DNA of 38,717 nucleotides from Cirrosporium novae-zelandiae (Eukaryota): NCBI GenBank assembly GCA_026023565.1, contig JAPETS010000051.1, positions 124,001 to 162,717 of the forward strand, read 5' to 3'. Shown piece by piece: positions 32,669 to 38,717 of this stretch (position 1 is its first letter; each line of letters starts with the position of its first letter). The notes under the pieces were generated by a model. It saw only the letters and a program-made list of their open reading frames with translations, ran no database searches and was not told where the DNA came from. The position numbers and the translations under genes were made by a program.

Positions 32669-34808
32669 ATGCTCTCTATTAAGAGGTATATTTTTGTCTC
32701 TGCTATTACAGTTTTCATCTTTTTGGTTCTTTATAAGTTTCCAAGTCTCCAGAATGTATCCTATTCTAAGACCAACCCTGTAGAGCATCCACAACATACA
32801 GAACCTGCAGAACAGCTAGAGGACCCTCAGCCGGAGTTTCCGTCGCCCTTACCGTTATCATCACTGTCGCTACCACCAGTTCCCATCGTTTCCTCTAGCA
32901 TTGCTTCCCCTAGTATCCCTTCGCAAAGTAGCAGTGTCTTCCGCTGGAAAGACCTATCCCAGCACTACCCGGTAACCTCGTTCATTCCATTGCCCTCAGG
33001 CAACCCGGTTGATATACCGAAGATTCAACATGGTGAATGGAGAGAGACCCGCTGGACACAAGGAAAAAGAATAGGACGAGCAGAGCTTATCAAACAAGCA
33101 TTCATACACGCTTGGAATGGGTACAAAATTAATGCTTGGATGAAAGATGAGGTTGGACCCGTTTCTGGTGCACCCAGGAATACATTTGGAGGCTGGGCTG
33201 CTACTTTGGTTGATACTCTTGACACATTATGGATTATGGGCTTGAAATATGATTTTGAGCAGGCTGTTGACGCCGTGAAAGATATTGATTTTACAAAATC
33301 CGAGGAAGAGATAATAAATGTGTTTGAAACTAACATTCGCTATCTTGGAGGTTTCTTGTCTGCATATGATTTAAGTGAGGGTAAATATCCAGTGTTGCTA
33401 GATAAAGCCGTCGAAGTAGGCGATATGCTATATGCAGCATTTGATACTCCCAACAGAATGCCCAAGACTCGATGGAAGTGGAAGACGTAAGTCAATGGCA
33501 TCCATAATCAGTCATAGCTTATATTGAGGGTATATAGGGCTGCTTCTGGAGGACTTCAAGAAGCTGATAGCGCTGTCCTTTTGGCAGAGCTCGGGTCACT
33601 CACCCTAGAATTTACTCGCCTCTCTCAATTGACCAGAAATCCCAAATATTTCGACGCTGTCCAGCGAATAACTAACCATTTCGATGAACAACAAGAGATT
33701 ACAAAACTTCCAGGAATGTGGCCTGTAGTTGTTGATGCGAAAGTTCCATCCTTCCAGGAGGATACATCATTTTCTCTCTCTGCCATGGCCGACTCACTAT
33801 ATGAGTATCTTCCAAAGGTATGTTGCATCTTTGTCACTAAGCTCAAGTCTAATGAATCAAAGGAATATATGCTTTTAGGTGGTCTTTCCCCCCAATATCG
33901 CAAAATGTATGAACATGCTATTGAAACGGCCAAGAAGCATCTTTTTTTCCGTCCCATGACTCCTAACAATGATGACATTCTCATTTCTGGAATTGTTCGT
34001 TCCTCTCCGGAAAGGTCTAAACTCGAACTACTACCAGAAGGGCAACATCTTGCCTGCTATGTGGGTGGTATGGTCGGTATCGGCGCCAAGATCTTCGACC
34101 GACCCGACGACCTTGACATAGCTTTTAAGCTCGCTGATGGTTGTACTTGGGCATACCGGAACACGAAGTCAGGCATCATGCCAGAAGTTTTCGCCATGGT
34201 ACCTTGCGAGAATGCTACCGACTGTCCATGGGATGAAATGGCATGGAAAGCAGCGGTATTAAAAAAAAATCCGGACAACTCTGACAGAAAAGTGACGAAT
34301 TCAACCGAAGCAGTAGCCTTATCAGAGAAGAAAATCACAGACTTGAGACTTCAGCCAGGGTTCTCGGCGATTAAAGACAGGCGATTCCTTCTCCGGTTTG
34401 TTTTCTCGTATCCCTTAATCCTTTATAACTACGGGTACTGACTAAGCCACCTAAACTAACAGGCCCGAAGCGATTGAATCATTATTCATTCTGTATCGCA
34501 TCACTGGTGCTAGCCATCTTCCTGACATCGCATGGGATATGTTTGGATCAATTGACAAACACACACGAACATTTATTGGACACGCCTCTCTTAATGACGT
34601 CACTTCGACTGATGAAGAGTTGCCAAAATCTGATCGAATGGAGTCGTTTTGGACTGCCGAAACATTGAAATATTTTTATTTGATGTTTACAGAGCCCTGG
34701 GTTGTTGATTTGGATCAGTGGGTTTTTAACACGGAGGCACATCCATTAAAGAGACCAACCGTGCCATCTCAGGATGTTAATGAAGGAGCAGAGATGAAGA
34801 ACATATGA
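32669..34808 (+). CDS. GH47 class I alpha-1,2-mannosidase, type II membrane protein, 658 aa; exons 32669-33486, 33538-33817, 33863-34395, 34463-34808
   Basis: N-terminal TM anchor and S/P-rich stem; AWNGY..AWMKDE, GWAATLVDTLDTL, VFETNIRYLGG, AELGSLTLEF, ADSLYEYLPK, HLACY, LRPEAIES, MESFWTAETLKY, FNTEAHP. Confidence 0.94.
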
Positions 34809-36379
34809 GAGGCATTGGTTATTCAAAATGCCTGTATTTGCTTGGCAATTGAAATACTTGGAAATGAACGGTTTAGATGAAAAAAAGTAGGGCCAGGCCA
34901 AGGCAGGAACAGGAAGAGTGCATCAGGAAACAAGGTACTCCCTGGCCCAATCGCAATTAATACATTTTACGCGAACTGCATTTTGATTCGAGAGATATCA
35001 TTTTCTCATCTTGTTTTGCCTCTACTTTGAAATGTTCTAGATCAATGTTTGTCGTTAGACACAAGAGGAAGTAGTAAAGAAATGCATCATAACCCATGCC
35101 TCTACTCGGAAAGGTGGAAGTCAGCATTTCACGGTTCATTATTCACAATAATAGTGCTTTATTAAACATACGAAGACAATGAAGCGAAGTTACTCAGCGC
35201 TTTGACTATGTAAGTGTTGGGGTGGAGTATATCTATGCCCTGCGAGGCTGAGAGGACCCGCAGCACGTACCTTGGGCTCTTTGCCAGGAAATTGGTGGAG
35301 TTCTAAGCGTGCATATTATTAGGCTTCTAGTACAATAGCCCCCGTTCTAGGGCGTTCGGTGCTGAGAGTCACTGAATAGGATTGGAAGCAGATTGATATC
35401 GAAACCACCCACCATCCCTTTGATGATTCGGCAAGTTAACTCGAGTGGATTGTTTATTGTCTTCAGCTCTTGCAAATCGAGATTTAAGAATGCTTTTTTT
35501 TGTGGCTGTTCATTTGAAATCCGACAAGAGAGAAAGCGGGTCGGCTATCTCATTCAAGCCAAGCCCAGGTCCCCTCGACTTGTCTGCTCCAGTTGAGCGC
35601 CTTCCTGAAACGGTTTAGCGTGGGTATCATCTACATCCGAGAAACCCTCATTGCCAAGGCTAAGTAAGACTTCTACATGAAAAATGCGAGACATGAAGAT
35701 CATTTCAAGAAGACGAAGAAACAATCACTTTATTCTCATTATTATCAATTTACTCTCTTATGTCTTTCTCTAAAAATTTTAAAAGCGCTGGAAGCCAATT
35801 TGTTTCCAATTGTCTTGAGCAAAACCTCTCTCTTTTAATTACACAAGTTTTACCTCGGGGCTGAGAGAGAGTAGTCTTGGCTAGAAAAGTGTGGGATGTT
35901 TCAGAGGAGTGTTGATATGATCTCTATGATGAAGATGAGAAGTCGCAGTCGAACGCCTAGACCTTGGGTCTCTCTTTCAGTGGTGGTTTGCTCGGGGTTT
36001 TTCTATATTAATAATAAATAATCTCAACACCTTATATATAGGTTACCACCCCTAAATTGACCATCAATTCAATATTTTTGCATAGCAGAATTTGCAGAAT
36101 TTTCCGGTATGTTTCCCTTACCTTTGACGAGAGCATTTCCTCTTGTTTCTGTACTTATAAGCTTTAAGTTTGGCATGTCTTACCTAGCTATACCCATCGC
36201 GGTCTACAAAACTGTTGTTATATGTTCTCAATGTAGCAACTCATATTTGCTAGGACGTCCCTAATCCTGCCAGTTATATGGCCCTTCGGGATGCGACACC
36301 ACGACCCTAATTCCAGCTGATGTACTAGCTATAGCGAATACTGTTAAGATATCTGGTTGGATGATGTTACATCTATTGC

Positions 36380-37110
36380 GCCGAAGAAGTGTGAACCTGG
36401 AGACTGCCCTACTCAGTCTATCGGCTCTAGTCCAACTCCCTCCCCAGATTTGGCGTCTGCTTTTTTGAGCTACCTTCTTTTTCGGTGAGTATTATATTAA
36501 GGTGTAGAAATTATGGCAGAAGGCTAATCATATCTAGTCGGCGGCTAGCTCAGTACCTGTTTCTGATGGGTACTTTTAAAGCTTCATGAATCTTGAAACA
36601 CAGTCAATGATATGGGGTATTCTGTTCTTACCTTGTATGATACAGATGAGTGTGCCAGGGGGTGCGAGGCTTTCAACGTCTACTTTGAATCTGATCTAAC
36701 CATGGAACCTGGTACTGGTTGCCTAAACCCACCCAGTACAACCAACATCGTGTGTTTTAGGGTGTTGCAATTAATGGTACAGAGGCGATCAATACTGAAG
36801 GATATCGAGACCAGTTCAAGGTTGTTATCGCCGGCTCCAATGGTACGCTGTGATCCACTTCATTGCTGATGCGGCAACTCATATGACCGGGGTACAATCA
36901 ACTACCACCAAGCGTTCCTAGATATAATGGATCAACATTTAACAAAGATAAGCCAGCCCTTCAATGGGTCTGGGGAATAAGGTACAATGAGAATGAAACA
37001 GGGATTATAAATGCGCCGTTTGCCAGATGGCTATCATAATACCTTCATGGGTTTCAAGTTTTTCCCTTTCAATGGGCAAACGGTATACAACAAAAGATAC
37101 CTTACGAATG
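36380..37110 (+). pseudogene. decayed gene for an uncharacterised Cys-containing secreted fungal protein
   Basis: Remnants CPTQSIGSSPTPSPD..AFL, MGYSVLTLYDTDECA..GCEAFNVYFESD...C.NPPSTTNI, VF*G, GYRDQFKVVIAGSNG, INAP..TFMGFKFF. Stops at 36577 and 36758, a frameshift near 36750, an intact intron 36485-36537 and a second intron with a lost acceptor. Confidence 0.75.
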
Positions 37111-37439
37111 GGAAATACAAAGTTTGCGCAAGTTTTTGGTGAAAAAAAAAAAGCATGAATTCACATGGGAATAAAATGGCTCATGAATTAATTACTCGAA
37201 TAGTACTGTAGTAGGGGCCGAAAAATGTAGAAGATAGTGTTTTGGTGGTTGTTGCGGTAGGTCACTGGTAGAAGAATGCAAAGCAATAGATAATTGGGGT
37301 TGGATGAGATGAGTGGATGTGTTTTAGTGGCATCTGGCATTTCCAACGGGCGCAATATAGTCCAGCCAATGGGGTTGTGGAGTAAATCTGGAAGGTCAGC
37401 AAATGCCGAAGTTACAAGTTACCAGCGAGAGCCTAAAGT

Positions 37440-37470
37440 CCAGTAGCCCCCCAGTAGCCCCAGTAGCCCC
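37440..37470. repeat. tandem CCAGTAGCCC x3
   Basis: ccagtagcccc ccagtagccc cagtagcccc. Confidence 0.85.
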
Positions 37471-38685
37471 AAGATCTCCCACCTTCCCCGTCATTTTGTG
37501 GCCGATCGGATGCTTCGTTTGCATGAACCGCTCGCTCCATCATTTTTTTTGCCCTTAAATTGTCAGTCACATCATCGTCCCATCGTCCCCACGGGAGAAG
37601 ATCCCATGGCATCTCTTGGGCCTATCTGGGTTATCTCAGTAGCGCGTCTGTTTCGTGATTTTAGGTGCGTTGCCTTTTTCCCTTGTCTTGGAAAATTTCA
37701 CCATCATTCCCCATTCCCCATTTGCCAATTTCATACGAGTGGCCAGAAGAAGGACGAGAAGAAAAAAGGGACGGGAGGGGAATATTGTTCTCGTGATCTC
37801 ATGAACCCCAAACGTTTGGACTTTTTGTTACTTTTGCACTTACATACTTCTTTACATAAGAGAGTCATTCCCTGCCTTAAGGTTTTGTAATGGTGTTTTG
37901 GTAACTTGGTAGATTTTTTGCGCAGAGTGTTGATGGATGATTGGTGGTTGATTTTATAAATGCTAGATATTTATTTATCTGATTTCTTGATTTCTTCTTT
38001 TTTGGGGGGGGGGGTGTTCTTTTCTGGTTTCAGGCAAGGGTGGAAGGGATTATTGGGGGGGGGGGGGGGGCACTGGGGATTCAGAGAATTATGTAGGTGT
38101 TATGTATGTCTCTTGTCTTGTTTAATGGAATTAGGTTAGATAAAAGTCTACTCATTAAAGGCGCAGGGAATGACAGGGATGATTTGGGATAGAAGAGAAT
38201 GACTGGGTGTAGAATTGAGTATGATGGATAACTTTAGCATTAATCATTAATGGGTGTGCCAGGCGCCAGGCATGAGAGATGGGGCCTACTGTAGGTTACT
38301 TAGAACCCATCTACTTCATCCACTCATTGACTCCAAAGGCGTTAAAGCCTGAGCGCCAAGAAGAAGTAAGTCATGAAGTTTAGTTGGGAGTTAGTTTGGC
38401 CTTCGGGTTGGGTTAGAAACCAGAAAAAAACCATAAAACCAAAAAGACCAAAAAAAAACCAAAAAAATAAAATAAAATAAAATAAAAACTCTTGGTCAAA
38501 TACCTACCATACACATACAGTACATCACAATACTGTAGAAAACCATCTACCTAGTTTAATAAATAGTAGATCAGAAGTCCCCCCGTTCATAGTAGTTTGT
38601 CCATAGAACAAAAAAAAGAAGAAGAAAGTAATATTGTACTGTGCAGTAAGTACAAGCCCTTCCCCCTACCTTATTTTCTTATTCT

Positions 38686-38686
<1 letters not shown>

Positions 38687-38717
<31 letters not shown>
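38687..38717. repeat. poly-C tract (at least 31 nt) at the window end
   Basis: Directly visible; may mark a contig end. Confidence 0.9.

Noticed and set aside
2310..34808. Glycosylation/secretory theme (OST5, GH92, Ccc2, UPF0658, GH47) or DNA-damage theme (rad1, GCN5, PPP4R2) as a functional cluster
   Set aside because: Genes are dispersed among unrelated ones and the categories are broad; coincidence is sufficient.
35340..35640. Minus-strand frame with few stops that might be a gene relic
   Set aside because: No family recognisable; needs a translated search.

Overview
Filamentous ascomycete (Pezizomycotina-type) nuclear DNA with short GT-AG introns and CTRAY branch points. Gene models were spliced by hand and their lengths checked for frame. 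In order: rad1/rec1-family 9-1-1 clamp subunit (-); a 4-exon OST5/TMEM258 gene missed by the ORF track (-); GCN5 (+); 2OG-Fe(II) oxygenase (+); secreted GH92 alpha-1,2-mannosidase (-); an SDR with a damaged splice donor (-); intronless Ccc2-type Cu P1B-ATPase (-); intron-containing tRNA-Asn(GTT) (-); an orphan ORF with a PemK/MazF-like pattern (-); xylose reductase (+); UPF0658 membrane protein (-); PPP4R2/Psy4 (+); a Q/H/P-rich orphan (-); GH47 mannosidase (+); and a decayed secreted-protein pseudogene (+). The best leads are: (1) the candidate PemK/MazF-fold ORF, about 0.9 kb from a tRNA whose 3' trailer carries a second T-arm/B-box hairpin; (2) a xylose reductase with natural substitutions in its NADPH 2'-phosphate pocket (LPKATDPTF); (3) unusual splicing features; (4) a GC-rich island with intragenic GC-skew flips. 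No transposase, CRISPR array or rRNA was recognised. All family calls come from motif recognition, not database searches.
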